In this document: positions 1 through 13,939 of the stretch, one piece after another
Numbering within the stretch: position 1 is the stretch's first letter
How the letters are laid out: every line of letters begins with the position of its first letter
Source of the DNA: Octopus sinensis
Taxonomy: Eukaryota
Direction of reading: 5' to 3'
NCBI RefSeq assembly: GCF_006345805.1
Contig: NC_043008.1
Span: 70,556,001 to 70,620,000 of the forward strand
Length of the DNA: 64,000 bases
The notes under the pieces: model-generated
The model's input: the letters and a program-made list of their open reading frames with translations, nothing else
Told to the model about the DNA's origin: nothing
Database searches by the model: none
Program-made: the position numbers and the translations under genes

Positions 1-654
1 AGATAGAAATAGAGATAGAGTGAGAGAGAGAAAAACGGATTTTTCTAAAACGTTTCTTAATTAATAATCATTATTTTATTATTTATTTAAAATTATTGAT
101 TTTTTTTTAAACAAATGTAGAAAATAACAACAACAAATAAACCATGATGTCATTAATAACCAACTTAATTGTACAATTCTATAATGAATGGGAGGAGTTT
201 CAGCCCTCCCACATCTTGCAAATAACAGAGATTCTGTACAAGTTGATATCACAGAACATAAAAGAATACACAGAGGGTAGGGCTAGAAGTAATTATTAAT
301 ATCTTAAAAAAATATAATCGTAACAAGCTTCTAGAGGTTTGCAAAGATCTGTAGATTTACCACAAGTACCTTTTTTTATTTTCTTTTAGTTTTTGTTATT
401 TTTTTGTTTGTTTATATATTATATTCCTTTTAAATGAAATTTTACCTTCAAGGAAACCAAAAGAAATGAAAAACAAAATCATAACAAAACAGTTTATACG
501 AATTAAAAATACAAAACACAATTTTCTGTAAAGTATCTATAACCTTGGTCTTCATTTTATTATTATTTTATCATTGTCATTATCATATTCTTCTTCTTCG
601 TCATCTTGTTGTTGTTGTGCTTCTTCTTTGTTATTATTATCACTATCTATTATT

Positions 655-667
655 GTTATTATTATTA

Positions 668-719
<52 letters not shown>

Positions 720-969
720 GATAGTTAATGAAATGGTATCGAATGGAAGAATTTATACATGTATTTACGTAAATGCTAAAGCAAAATAAAAATAACATAC
801 ATCTCTCACTTTGTCTTTCTCTCTCTGTCTTTGTATATATATATACACACATACATATTCAGTTACATACATCTACACACACACACACACACACATATAA
901 ATGCAAACATACAAACATACTAGCATGCATGCATACATACATACATACATACATACATACATACATACA

Positions 970-1005
<36 letters not shown>

Positions 1006-1016
1006 TACATACTTAC

Positions 1017-1092
<76 letters not shown>

Positions 1093-1503
1093 ATATATAC
1101 ATATATATATCCATAAGACACAAAACCATCTTCGTACGGGCCGTGATTCAATTCCTTTGGATTAAATGCAAGTTTTATGGTTGAATTTTACTGCCAAAAC
1201 CGTCAATGTGGACGTTCATACTTTGAGTTCAGAACACATGTCATGGGTCGGAAGTTTGTATTTGTTGTTGTTGTTGATGATGATGTTGTTTTCTTCATTC
1301 TTCAGGTTTATGAATGGAGTCTTATCGTAAATAATTCATTAAGGCTAATTCATCGATGAGAATAGTATCTAGCTTGTATTAGAATCTAAGAAAACATCAA
1401 AATAACACGCAAAAACTGATGATTTCAGTGGACACTGTTTGCTTTCTAAGCTTTCTCTCTAACAAGGCTCCGCGAAAACGCACCCGGAGTAAATTTACAA
1501 ATA

Positions 1504-1568
<65 letters not shown>

Positions 1569-1834
1569 CAAGATTATCACAGGCTCTAGAGAACTTCATG
1601 ACTGCAAAGTGCAATTGTAAAATGTAAAATGCAGAAGTGAACTCAAAATTCATCGTTTCTTTTTATTTGTACAGACTCTTGGTAAGAAATGGAAAAAAAT
1701 ATCACAAATTCAATATTGAAAGCTTTCAAAGTTTACTTTTGTATTTTTTGATAAGGAAAGTCCTAGTAATATTTGGTTGAAAAGTATTCGCACTTCTTCA
1801 ATGGTACATAAGTGAATATGTATGTATGTATTAT

Positions 1835-1925
<91 letters not shown>

Positions 1926-1938
1926 CATATATATATAT

Positions 1939-1972
<34 letters not shown>

Positions 1973-2309
1973 TCCTTACAGACACGCACATACATTGACA
2001 GAGAGGGACGCAGACACATACGCACACACAAGCATATATATATATATATATGTGTGTGTATTTGTATGGTATGGCGTATGTGTTTGTGTGTGTATGTGCG
2101 AGCATGCGAGTGTGTGTATGTGTGTATGTGCGTGTATGTGTGTATGTGTGATGAGCAGAGTAGCTGGGTAGGAAAAAATTCGGAAGCATAAGAATAGATG
2201 TAAATTTGGCTTCTCTTCGCCTAAAATAACAAAGTGAAATTGAGGGGAACTGTATTCCATTGCGAACATTATATCAACCCGACAGTTAATAACAATAACA
2301 ATAATAATG

Positions 2310-2373
<64 letters not shown>

Positions 2374-2600
2374 ATTATTATTGAATACTGTAGCGAATTT
2401 AATTAATCAAATAAAATATATTTGAATATTCTAACGAGCATCATCCATTTTATTAATGATAAACGAGTGTTTCTTTTCATTTTGGACTTTTTCTTTTGGC
2501 GTAGATGGGATTTGAGTTGAATGTAAGCTGTATATATATGTATATATATACATATGTATATATATGTATATATATACATATATGCGTATATATATACACG
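655..2600. repeat. Microsatellite cluster: (ATT)n, (TACA)n, (TA)n, (AAT)n, (TG)n
   Basis: Direct reading. Confidence 0.97.
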
Positions 2601-4370
2601 CACATACGTATGTATGTTTGTATCTATAAAAAAGAAGTAAAATACACAGGTATATCTTTTGGGGACTTAAAAACGGAACAAAACTTCATAACACAACCAT
2701 ATACTGTTTAGAATGACTGTGTGCATATTGTTCTCTGCTACTTGAGTTAACCCTGACATATGCTATTGGGGCGAGATAGAAACATTCCAACTAATATCTA
2801 GCTAATACCGGTTCTAAAATTAAGGCTTACTACACATGCCACACATAGAGTTATAACCGGAATGATTTTTACAGAGCATCGGCGAAAGGCACTTGTACAG
2901 CAACTGTTATTGGTTAAGGGTTAAGGGTTATGGCCCTTTCGACGTCACCCTCATCGGAACATAAGGAGACATGTGACAGGGTTAAAAAAAAGACTTGATG
3001 CAAGTACGTGACCAAAAGCTTCAGCATATCAAATAATCAGATAATATGGTCCAACTTTCACTATGCAAAGCTTGATCTGATTTCAAAAAACATATTATTG
3101 ATTTATTTTTATTGATTTATTTTTATTGATTTATTACTTGATTTTGTATTTTTTGTGTATATGTGGGTGTCATTATTTTTTGTTATTATTTAATTTTGTT
3201 TGTTTTTCTTTTCATTCAGTTTATGAAAGTATCAGATTGTTGAATTGTTTGTTCTGCCAGTAGGCAAAACAGTACCCTGGAATTTTGCAGTTGATCCGTT
3301 TGGCAGTACTTTAATAAAACGTGAATAAAGTTGCTTTCAATATCAACATAAAAAGGTGGACTTAAATAGAGCATAAACTCTGCTGTTTTATTTATTTATT
3401 TGTTTGTTTTTCGTTTATATCATTATATATATATATATATCTTTTTTTTTATCAGGGACCTGAATATTAACAGACGTAAACATTCAGGAAGTAAGAAGTT
3501 TCCGCATTGTTCTGGCTGGAAGATAATTGGCTTAAGATTATTGTCATATATTTCTTTTAATATTATAGTTCCTATACTTTCTATAAACAGGCTACAGGGG
3601 TAGCTTGCCATAGAATTTCAGAAACATTTCTTTGTGTAACTGTGGCTATTTCTCAGGCAAACATTTTCCAACAACTGTCATATTGTATGTAAATTAATAC
3701 ATTTGCCCTGTGAATAAGTCTCTTTACTCATTAATACTCCTAAATAATTAGGAAGATTTAACGTTAAACAAGTTGTTTAAAGTCTTTCTCTAGATGAGAA
3801 CACATAAACATAGCTGTCCAGTTTGCCTAACTATGATTTCGTAATTCTCAGGTACTTGAGTTTGTATTTAAAAGTCTCATTTCATCTTAATTCATCCGTT
3901 TTCTTCTCCCTTTATTTCTGGCCCTTCATTTTTTTGCCGATGATTGCACATTTAAATTGATACAAAAAGCTTTTTGTCAGCAGATTTGGCCATTCCAATA
4001 AGAGCATAGCTGTGAATGGGCGTCTTCAATGTCTCTTTAGCATGGCTACCGACTTTGTTGTTATGATTTATGAAATAAAACATGTTTGATGAGCTTTTGT
4101 ATTTGAAGTTTCAGGATTGGTTTTGTAGACGATATCGTACGTATAAAGCTGCTAGAGAAGAGAATGGTCACTGAGAACACTGCTGATTATAATGCCGAAG
4201 ATATACATGCCTATAGACTTCAGACAGAGCCCGTTATCATTGATAATACTGAAGCAACCGGAAGATTCTGTATGAAAAAGAAAGAAAACGAAACGACATA
4301 TTAGAAATGTAATAAGGAAATATGTAAATGAATTATTTCTAATTTAGGAATAAGGTCATCAATTTTAATG

Positions 4371-4544
4371 GGAGTGGGTTAGTCGATTTCATTGACTCCA
4401 GTACAGAACTGGTACTTTATTTTATCGGAAGGATGAAAAACAATGTTGACTTCGGCGAGATTTAAACCTAGAAGGCAAATAACCAGAAGAAATACTGCAA
4501 AGTGATTTTCCGACGTTCTAGGAATCCTGCCAGCTCGCTGCCTG
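4371..4544 (-). mobile_element. SINE family A, degenerate
   Basis: Reverse complement of the family A core and head (CTGCCAGCTCGCTGCCT). Confidence 0.6.
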
Positions 4545-5949
4545 AAAGATTAGTATATAAGTTATATAAAAATAATAAATAAATAGCTGATAGATTAATA
4601 AGTTCTTGGAATTGCTATAAAAGGTATATTATAACGGAGGGACAGTATTTAATAGAATCAGCCTCTGTGAAATAAAATACAATTACTTTTAGACATGACC
4701 AGTATTTCATTAATGAAACCTAGCAGCATGAAGTCGACTGTGCCTGGATTTGAACATAGATCATAGAAAGGAGAAACTAAAAAAAAAAACAATAAGACAT
4801 TTTATTCTGTTAACATTTTATTGTTTATTCCATTCCAACGGATTTATGTGATTAATCATTACAAATGTAATTACAATAATAATTCAAAGGCATAATAAAA
4901 TAAGAATGGGCATTTGTAAGCGGAGAAATGAGGGATAAGCAGCAGACTGATATCAGCATATTACTGGTATTTCTATCTTATTACACAAGGACTTTAAAAC
5001 TTGTTTATGGATTGGACAAAAAATAGTGCATAATACATAATCTTTATTTCGTTTTTGTTTTAATCAGGAGAGAAAGCAGTGCTCATGATCATTTACACGG
5101 CTGCTGAGATTAGTGGAAAGGTCGGAAGAAGGTGTGCTCAAATGGTAAATCTGGCTCGAACACTTGTCACTGAATGAACTCTACTAAGGTCTTCTAAGGT
5201 GTCAGGTAGTGATGTTAAATCAGGTAACGGTTTTAAGTAGACCATAACGGGAATTAAACTCAGAACTCAAAGGATCTGAACAAATACCACAAGGTATCAA
5301 GTTCAACATTCTTATAGTTACGCCAATTCCCTACCTTGGATTGGTAAGATTTTATTCCTTCAAAGGAATTAACCTCAGCAGGATTTGTACAAGGAGATCA
5401 GAGAATCGGTTTAAATGTTGCGAAAAACTCTATGCGATGCTCTATGGCGATTCGGTCAATTCAACACCGGGAGGTTTCTGGAAATGATGAAGGAAGAACG
5501 ATGGATGTTATCCTCAGGGCAGGGAACTGGCTCGGATGCATCTAGCAAAGAGGAGAGGGCTCCGCAACAGGCACTCTAGGATGAGGTGATAGTAGTGGTA
5601 AAATGGACAATATATTAAGTCTAAAACCCAAGAACGGGATTAGCCCCATAGAATGGGCTCTCACATAATTTCATATTTTAGTTATATCGGAAACATGTGA
5701 TATTGAAACGAATTTGCAAACGACACAGCCATGTTTAAGGGAGAAGAGACAATTCCGATGACATTCAAATCGGAACGAAGTTAATTACAGCAATGCAGTT
5801 ATGTTTGCATCTTGCAGTTTCTGATACTTTCACTCCTTTTTGTAAACAAAAGCTGAAACAAGAACAACCACAAAATCGTATAATGACACATAAAGATGAC
5901 CTGGCTAAAGATGACGCTAAAAACAAATCACATCTTATATTAAATTGAA

Positions 5950-5990
<41 letters not shown>

Positions 5991-6140
5991 GAATATATGC
6001 ATGTATGTGTATATATGTATTTATATATGCATACACGCATGTATATATAATAATGACAATGATAATCACAACATTAACAAATTAACAAATACACACGCAC
6101 GCATATATATACACACACATATATATACATATATATATAC

Positions 6141-6217
<77 letters not shown>

Positions 6218-7111
6218 TAAATACATATATATATATATACATATATATATATACATTTATATATTCTCCGGACACAAACGCATGTTTCCTGTTGTAACTC
6301 ATCTAACAGAGCCGTTGCGATGCCTTCAAAAAGAGAGATCTGAAACAGAAATAACTTGATATATATATCGAGTTACCAAAAAATTAGTCACCGTTTTTTA
6401 TGCTTATGAAATATTTATGGTGAGGATGTAAATTCCCAAAAGATATTCTATTGAATTTAGATGAGCTTTTATAGTTATTATAGAAATATTATTATCACTC
6501 ACATACACAGAAAATATTTTCCGGTATCAGTTCGTGTATTAAAATTCTCACTGATATCGATGTTTGGAACATGCTCTCTTCAGGCTTTCCTGTACATATA
6601 TGATATTATAACTCTTTCTGTGGCGTTTCAAGAGAGACACAGAATTTTCAGACGTTCCCAGTAATTTAGGCTTATAACCTAGTATAACTTAAGATAACAT
6701 TAAGTTTATAACCTAAGATAAATTTAGGTTTATAACCTATGATATTTTACTGGTGAACGTTCTTTGTAACTCTTCAGTTTCTTCTATGAGACCGGTTGAG
6801 TTTGGAGGCTAAAGTGTGAGCAGTAATCTAATCTGCTCAGAACTAAAGTTTTCTATGAAATCAGCATATCAACCAGTTCTCTTGTCAAAAAAAAATTTCT
6901 TGAGAGGCATCCAATGAGTCGAATTGCAGTTGGTATGCTTTTCACCAAAATTATGCCATACATTTGCCACAAATTACTTAAAACAAAATTGGACACCAGT
7001 AGTCCCACAAGAGTTCATGGTAGAAATGCCTCGAAATCTGTTACAGACATATATCTGCACTGAGAAAGTGGCTATCCTCGAAATCAAGACGACAACTTCT
7101 ACCATGTGTAG

Positions 7112-7235
7112 TGCTTTAGTGGCTAGGGTGTTAGACTCATGATCGTAAGATTGTGGTTTCGATTACTGGGCCGGGCGATGTCTTGTGGCCTTGAGCAAAA
7201 CATTTAATTACACGTAACTTCTGTCCACACAGATG

Positions 7236-7237
<2 letters not shown>
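7112..7237 (+). mobile_element. SINE family C (tRNA head), truncated
   Basis: TTAGTGGCTAGGGTG..CATGATCGTAAGATTGTGGTTTCGATT, matching 30640-30700 in reverse. Confidence 0.75.
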
Positions 7238-7285
<48 letters not shown>

Positions 7286-7868
7286 CACACACACACACAC
7301 ACACACAAATACATGCATATAGGTATATAAATGTAAGATGCAAGGATTAAGGGGTAGGAAGTAATTGACCTTCAAGTGATCCGTCGAAAATATAAAAACA
7401 ACTTCCAGGAACGATAGTAGTTTATTGCTGCGGAAAGTTGTTAATATTTCTCCTTTCGAAGTACGATAGACTGAAGAAAACTATTTTATAGTTCACGATT
7501 GGTTACCAGGTTTGACGTATATGTGAACGGAGTAGATAAATTCCGGGCTGCGTATGCTTTCATAGCGAGCAGAACCTCGGAAGTAGTAATTATCCAAGCG
7601 AGTTGTATTTCACCGTCTAATCTTCAGACCAAGGGTGTCTTACATTGCAGTTAAGAGATCAAACTGTGCCTTCTACGCATTTTGATGGAATCCTCCATGT
7701 GTTAACATGGGTGTCCTAACGGCAATGTAAGCTTTATATAATCAATATACCATTGGCCTGAAGATTAGCATGCAGAATACACCTCGCTTGAATAATAACT
7801 ATTTCCGAGATTGATCTCGCTATAAAACATATGTAGCCCGGTTTATATCTATATTCCTTAATTTCTGG

Positions 7869-8073
<205 letters not shown>

Positions 8074-8370
8074 GCAATTGTTAAAGAGGAAAACAAACGT
8101 TAAGGCAAGGCAAACATCTCAAGTCAAATACAGTATTATTATTGGAAAAATTTCAAAGTCTTACAACTGTTTCCGGGATATCCCAGAGTATGTGACATTC
8201 CGTTATCGGAGACAAATAGGGAAAATGATAAGGGTACAGATTAATGAAATGACGACATAGACGACAGGATTAAAGGAATAAGGAGATGAAGAAGAGAAGA
8301 AAGAAAAAGCATAAATGTTCACAGTTCAACTTTCCGATCTTGTAGAAATAAGTCCACAAGTCCTTAGGTG

Positions 8371-8440
<70 letters not shown>

Positions 8441-8486
8441 ACATACAAACATGCATATATATGCATTCACACACTCACACACGCAT

Positions 8487-8518
<32 letters not shown>

Positions 8519-9871
8519 AAATTTTTTTTCAGTAATGAGATAAAAAACCAAGGCTGTGTAGATTTTAGAACATTTATAAATAGAAAATCTTACAGCTGTT
8601 TCTAGGTTAGTGAGAAGATGGTTAAGCAATAGTTAATTTAAATAAGATAGCAAATAGAGAGTGAAGTGGACCGGCATATCTCTCACCAGAATCCACAATG
8701 GAGGCAAGATGTTAAGCCATATGACTCAAAGATAGCTTGTTGTGAATGAAAAGATCAATTTATAGTTCTGTCACTCAAATTGTGGCTCCTGCTTTTGTAA
8801 CTTAAGGATATACGTGGGTGAAGAGACTCAGTAGATCGAAATATTGTATTATCTCGTCGTTTACTCCACTTTACGAGATAGTTTGTCAATTTACTGTCGC
8901 ATAACATTCTCACACACATACATACACGCATACACAGATAGATAAGCCAATTTATTTGAGAGAACAAATGTTTAGGAACGAGAAAATGAAAAAAAGAAGG
9001 AATACAAATTTTCAAAATTAAATAAAATGAATTTTTGATATGAATAAATTAAACATAAAATTCCGAAGAGCGAACGTTGGTCTGCGCCAGTAATTAGTGA
9101 ATATAAAATATTCAGTATTAAAATTGTATCGCGTTTCTTTTAATCCTGTTAAAAATTAAACCTAATTAAGACTATAATTATTTTACAAAATATTCACCCG
9201 CAACATTTTAACTGTAAAAATGGAAATAAATTCAAGCTATACTATATCTTTATTATTGATCTTTTTGTTTCGGTAAATATATCTAGAACAGTCTTGGGAA
9301 ACAATTAAATTCATCTCGGAAAATGTGCTAAAAATGTGCAAGGTTAACAAATGTTTTGTGTGAATGCCTTAAGAATAATTACAAATTTCATTATTGCTAT
9401 TTCTTCTAGGATATGCCTTTATGTATCCTTAGAGGTAGTTTGTCAATATCTTTACATAAAATGAGCTTGTATTATTTCATTTTTAACAATCAGATGAGAC
9501 TATACACTGTCTGAGACAGAGGTTGAACTGACCTCCTCCTGTTCAACTTTTGTTTCAGACCTTTAAAAATTTTAAGGAAAAAACAATTTCCAGTGTATTA
9601 CTGCAAGCTGATTTTGAAAGAAGTAGGAACATCAAGCGCCTGCTTTTGAAGCTACTCGTGGCAACTTTAAGATTGTAAAAGTTTAACAAAGACAGCGACA
9701 AGGAGTCCGGATACAATAATATAAAACAACAAGGGAGTATGTGGTATATAATGTATACTCAACAAGGTTTAAGTAAAAATAACAGCCTCTCGTCTCCTTG
9801 AGACACAGTCTATTGTCTTAAAAATTACATTGTATAATAGAGTTACGTTGTTTAACGTAAATTCAATAGAT

Positions 9872-11732
9872 AGGCGTAGGAGTGGCTGTATGTTAAGTAG
9901 CTCGCTTCTGTGCATACGTCGGGTTATTTGCTGTGTTGAGTTTTGACGAGACAGACGGAAATTTTTGAGCTGCTCGCCAGCGGTTTGTTGGTGAGTGTTG
10001 TACTAGTGGAAAAGAATGTATTCAGACCTTAGCGAGTATGAACTATCCTCATCAGACGAGGAGCTTGTTAAGGCGGTAAACAGAATGGACGAGCATTTGC
10101 AAAGAGTAAAAAGTTTTGCTGAGGCGGCAGAATTACAGAAAAAGGAAGTAGACCTAACCGGACTGAAGGAGCTGAGTAAGATGACACAGAAGGTGGGAAG
10201 TGATGTAAAGTTATTACCCCCGAAACGGGTTATGGTAAATATAGAAAAGAAGACTATCACCTACAAGGTGCACTCAGTGGAGAGTAGGAAGGTAGAGCGG
10301 ATGGAGATGGAAAAAGTAGAAAAAACTCTGAGGGGGCTTTCGAAGGAAGTAATATATATAGCAAAAGGAAACGGATATTGGACGGTGGTTGTCCAGTTTA
10401 GGACAAAAGAGGAGGCAAAGTGGCTGGCGAGTACAACTGTAAAAACTGAGAAACTAGTACTTCTACCCACCTATCTTGGAAGGAAGACTTCTAAAGTGAG
10501 GGTAGAAGGAATTCCAACTGACATAGAAGTAGCTTGGGTTGCGGCAGCCGTCCACGTTGGAAGTGAGGAGGAGGTAGCTGTCCTCCAAGCCACAGAGACG
10601 GAGTAAGGAGGCTATAAAGGAAAAGTACTGGAAATGATCATACAAGCGGAGGCGAAGAAGCTGGAAAATTTGGCGGAAACGGTGACGATGGGAGAAATAG
10701 TATTGAGAGTATGGGTAGAGGGCAGAATTCCGCGATGCTTTAAATGTGGCCAAAAATGTCACATTAGAGCACACTGCCCTCTACAGAAGAAAACAATAGA
10801 GGAAAAAACAGATGAACCAGTTGTGGAGACAAAAGAGAAAAAAGAAGATGAAAAGAAAGACGGACGAAAGGAGGAAGAATGGATAGTAGCAGAGAGTAGA
10901 ATGAAGAAGAGGAAGAAAAGAAAGAACACTGAGTGTGATATGGTACCCCTCTCCATCTCACTCAAGACCACTCAGACCCACCCGCCCCATACAGACACCA
11001 GACCCACCCACTCCCTTTCCCCTCAAGAAAAAACGAAAATGAAAAGAGAGCAGACACCACAGAATTTAGAAAACCCCTCCCCCGATGAAAAAAGGTTGCG
11101 AAAGAATGTTGTCATTGAACGATAGCGAGAGTGGAAATAGAAAGACTAGACCAGAGACTAAAGACGAATTAAGCGACTGGTGTTACTCAGTGTGGGGTGA
11201 GTAGCACACTCTTCATATTTTCATTTTTCAGATATCATGCATGTTATCATAAACTTAATTTATTTTCTCATGTTCATTTTCATGTCAGTCACAGTATCAT
11301 TTTATTTTTACATATTTTTAATTGTTATATGTCCCCATATGTTTTTGTAGTGTCCCCTCTATGTAATACCTTTATGTCAAAATAATTGAAATAAAGTAGC
11401 TTGCTTACGAACCACATGGTTCCGGGTTCAGTCCCACTGCGTGGCACCTTGGGCAAGTGTCTTCTACTATAGCCTCGGACCGACCAAAGCCTTGTGAGTG
11501 GATTTGGTAGACGGAAACTGAAAGAAGCCCGTCGTATATATGTATGTATATATATGTATGTGTGTGTATATGTTTGTGCGTCTGTGTTCGTCCGCCCAAC
11601 ATCGCTTGACAACCGATGCTGGTGTGTTTACGTCCCCGTAACTTAGCGGTTCGGCAAAGAATAAGTCCTGGGGTCGATTTCCTCGACTAAAGGCGATGCT
11701 CCAGCATGGCCGCAGTCAAATGACTGAAACAA

Positions 11733-11740
<8 letters not shown>
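9872..11740 (+). mobile_element. tRNA-derived SINE family B copy split by the ORF1-only insertion (9872-9907 plus 11394-11740)
   Basis: AGGCGTAGGAGTGGCTGTATGTTAAGTAGC continues after the insertion as ..CCACATGGTTCCGGGTTCAGTCCCACTGCGTGGCACC. The same sequence occurs at 15792 (+) and 63052 (-). The copy ends in (GA)n. Confidence 0.88.
9908..11393 (+). mobile_element. ORF1-only non-LTR retroelement (Tx1/L1-type gag-like ORF1 with zinc knuckle)
   Basis: ORFs 10016-10606 and 10634-11125 share one frame and are separated by a single TAA. Contains EGRIPRCFKCGQKCHIRAHC (CX2CX4HX4C). T-rich 3' UTR ending in AATAAA. Flanked by AAGTAGCTCGCTT (9895-9907) and AAGTAGCTTGCTT (11394-11406). No ORF2 sequence. 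Confidence 0.85.
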
Positions 11741-11803
<63 letters not shown>

Positions 11804-12014
11804 TATAGCCACAGATATATTGTGTCTGCATAAAATAAGGGGTAGTAACGACTGGAACATTTTCGATTATAGGTCTGATAGATGCGGACTGAGCTGGAGA
11901 TAAAAATTAACTGCGGAAATTTACCAGCCATTTTGTGAAATTGAATATTAACAGAAATGCTAGCAGCAATAACTACTCTTCACTCAGGTTCTGTTATTTT
12001 TTTTTATCAGAGGA

Positions 12015-12436
12015 AGGCGGTGAGCTGGCAGAACCGTTAGCATGCCGGGCGAAATGCGTAGCCGTATTTCGTCTGCCGTTACGTTCTGAGTTCAAATTCT
12101 GCCGAGGTCGACTTTGCCTTTCATCCTTTCGGGGTCGATAAATTAAGTACCAGTTACGCACTGGGGTCGATGTAATCGACTTAATCCCTTTGTCTGTCCT
12201 TGTTTGTCCCCTCTATGTTTAGCCCCTTGTGGGTAATAAAGAAACAAATAGTTAGTACGCCGAGCTTAGCGGTATTTCGACCGTCTTTACGTTCTGAATT
12301 CAAATTCTGCCGAGGTCGGCTTGGCTTTTCATCCTTTTGGGACCGATAAATTAAGTATTAGCTAGATACTGGGATTGATGTGATCGACACATCCACCACA
12401 AAAATAATCAGGCCACGTGCTTCTCTAGTAGAAAGG
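12015..12436 (+). mobile_element. Two adjacent tRNA-derived SINE family A copies
   Basis: GGCGGTGAGCTGGCAGAA..GTTCTGAGTTCAAATT..GTCGACTTTGCCTTTCATCCTTTCGGGGTCGATAAA core, repeated across the window. Confidence 0.88.
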
Positions 12437-13939
12437 ACTATTTAATTAGAGGGATGATGAAAAAGAGATGCGTCTAACACCATTTCAGTTCCTCTTAGGT
12501 AAATGAAATGTATATAACTGGAACCCGTAGATAGGCGTTTGTTGGGTGTATGTGGGTGTAGAGGAATTTTCGAAGAACTGTGGTTGTTTTTTAGGGATGG
12601 TTTGGAAGAAGTGTTCACTGTAGATTTGGATGTGTGACAGATTAATAGAGGTGAGGAGAAGAGATTGGTTAGTTAGATGGATCTTGTTTGAAGAAGACAG
12701 AAGATCAGTTCAAAGGAACAGAGACCGTTATAGTATCAATAGAGAGGTTAGTGTAAGAATCATTGTTAGTGTCAGTTAATGGTATCAATGTTTGGTCAAT
12801 TTGTCAGTCAAATGGCCTTATTTCGGATGTGGTCTACGATATATGTGCTTATGGTATCAGTCTTGTAAGGCATGGGTGAGTACGACTTGTAATGTCGGGC
12901 TTACTTGAATAATTCAGATCCCACTTATTATAGAGCGCATAAGAGAGATATTAATCTTTTCTGTCTGGTACGGTGATATGTGTGAGAGGTTAATAACGAG
13001 AAAGGGTTAAACGTAGCAATGTAGCATTTGCAGTAACTTTGCGTGCATTTTGAACGCATAGAAAAGGTATAGTGTCAGATTTCCTTCACACACACGTGTG
13101 TGTGTATGTGTGTGTGTGTGGTGTGTGTTTGTGTGTGTGTTTGTATAAGTGTGTGTGTGTGTTTGTGTGTGTGCGTGTTTGTGTGTGTGTGTGTGTGTGT
13201 GTGTGGTGTTTTGATCTAGCTAAATTGTCATGATCTCATAGAAGGAAGTTTTCAAGCGCTCTGTGTGTGTGGAAGTGTCGGAAACCCGGCGTGAAGCGTC
13301 TAGGTTCAATATCAAAGACGTCTGTTTTGGAAAAGTTAAGAGTACAAGAGGTGTGTTATAAGCATCAACAGCAAAGTATAGAAGAGTACAGAAGAAAGAG
13401 TGCGTGAGACAGAACATTTTCAAAAGGAGAGGTATACTTCATACAGTTCACACAGTGAATCTGAAAACATAGTTACACCGCTGTATTTGCAAATACATTT
13501 TAATAGATAAGTGTTTGTTTTGTAATAGAGCTGAGCCTCAAATCTTCCAACAGGAAACAAAGCTGGAAAGAACTCATATTTAAACAAACGTTTGGCGTGA
13601 CTGAAACCAATAAACAAGTACTGAAGAGTCTCTTAGTGCTCACTCACTGTGGTAGATTAAGCAGCGAAATCGCCATTAAATTACACAACCAACTTCAAGA
13701 GAAACATTGGAAAACGAAGTCCTAGATACTCTGTGTTTGCATAACCCCACCACCCCGAAAAACGGCTACAATAGACTTAGGTATACATCTGAACGGTAAA
13801 GATCCAGCGTAAACAACAACCACGACAAAACTATAATTCCAATAGTTAAGTGATTGGAATTCGACAACGCGAAGTTTTATGTTTCTTTCATTATTTCCCA
13901 ATCTGATTTGGAAAAAAATTCAAAAATGCTTAAAACAAC

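Noticed and set aside
1675-1681. Plus-strand 7-nt segment between a good acceptor and GTAAGA
   Set aside because: No plus-strand host gene was found, and chance matches are expected in AT-rich DNA.
574-2711. Many ORFs rich in IY/YI, poly-L, poly-N, poly-S or poly-F (also at 6.0, 8.3, 16.3, 21.8, 26.0, 34.7, 36.3, 37.3, 44.4, 49.1 and 50.4 kb)
   Set aside because: They are translations of microsatellites, not genes.
2920-2960. Minus-strand CCGATGA..GAAA hammerhead-like motif (similar weak hits near 6570 and 16340)
   Set aside because: Non-compensated core changes, missing GAAA or no convincing stems.
6660-6745. Short TTATAACCTA-type tandem repeats (and a 15-mer repeat at about 3096-3140)
   Set aside because: Ordinary AT-rich slippage repeats.
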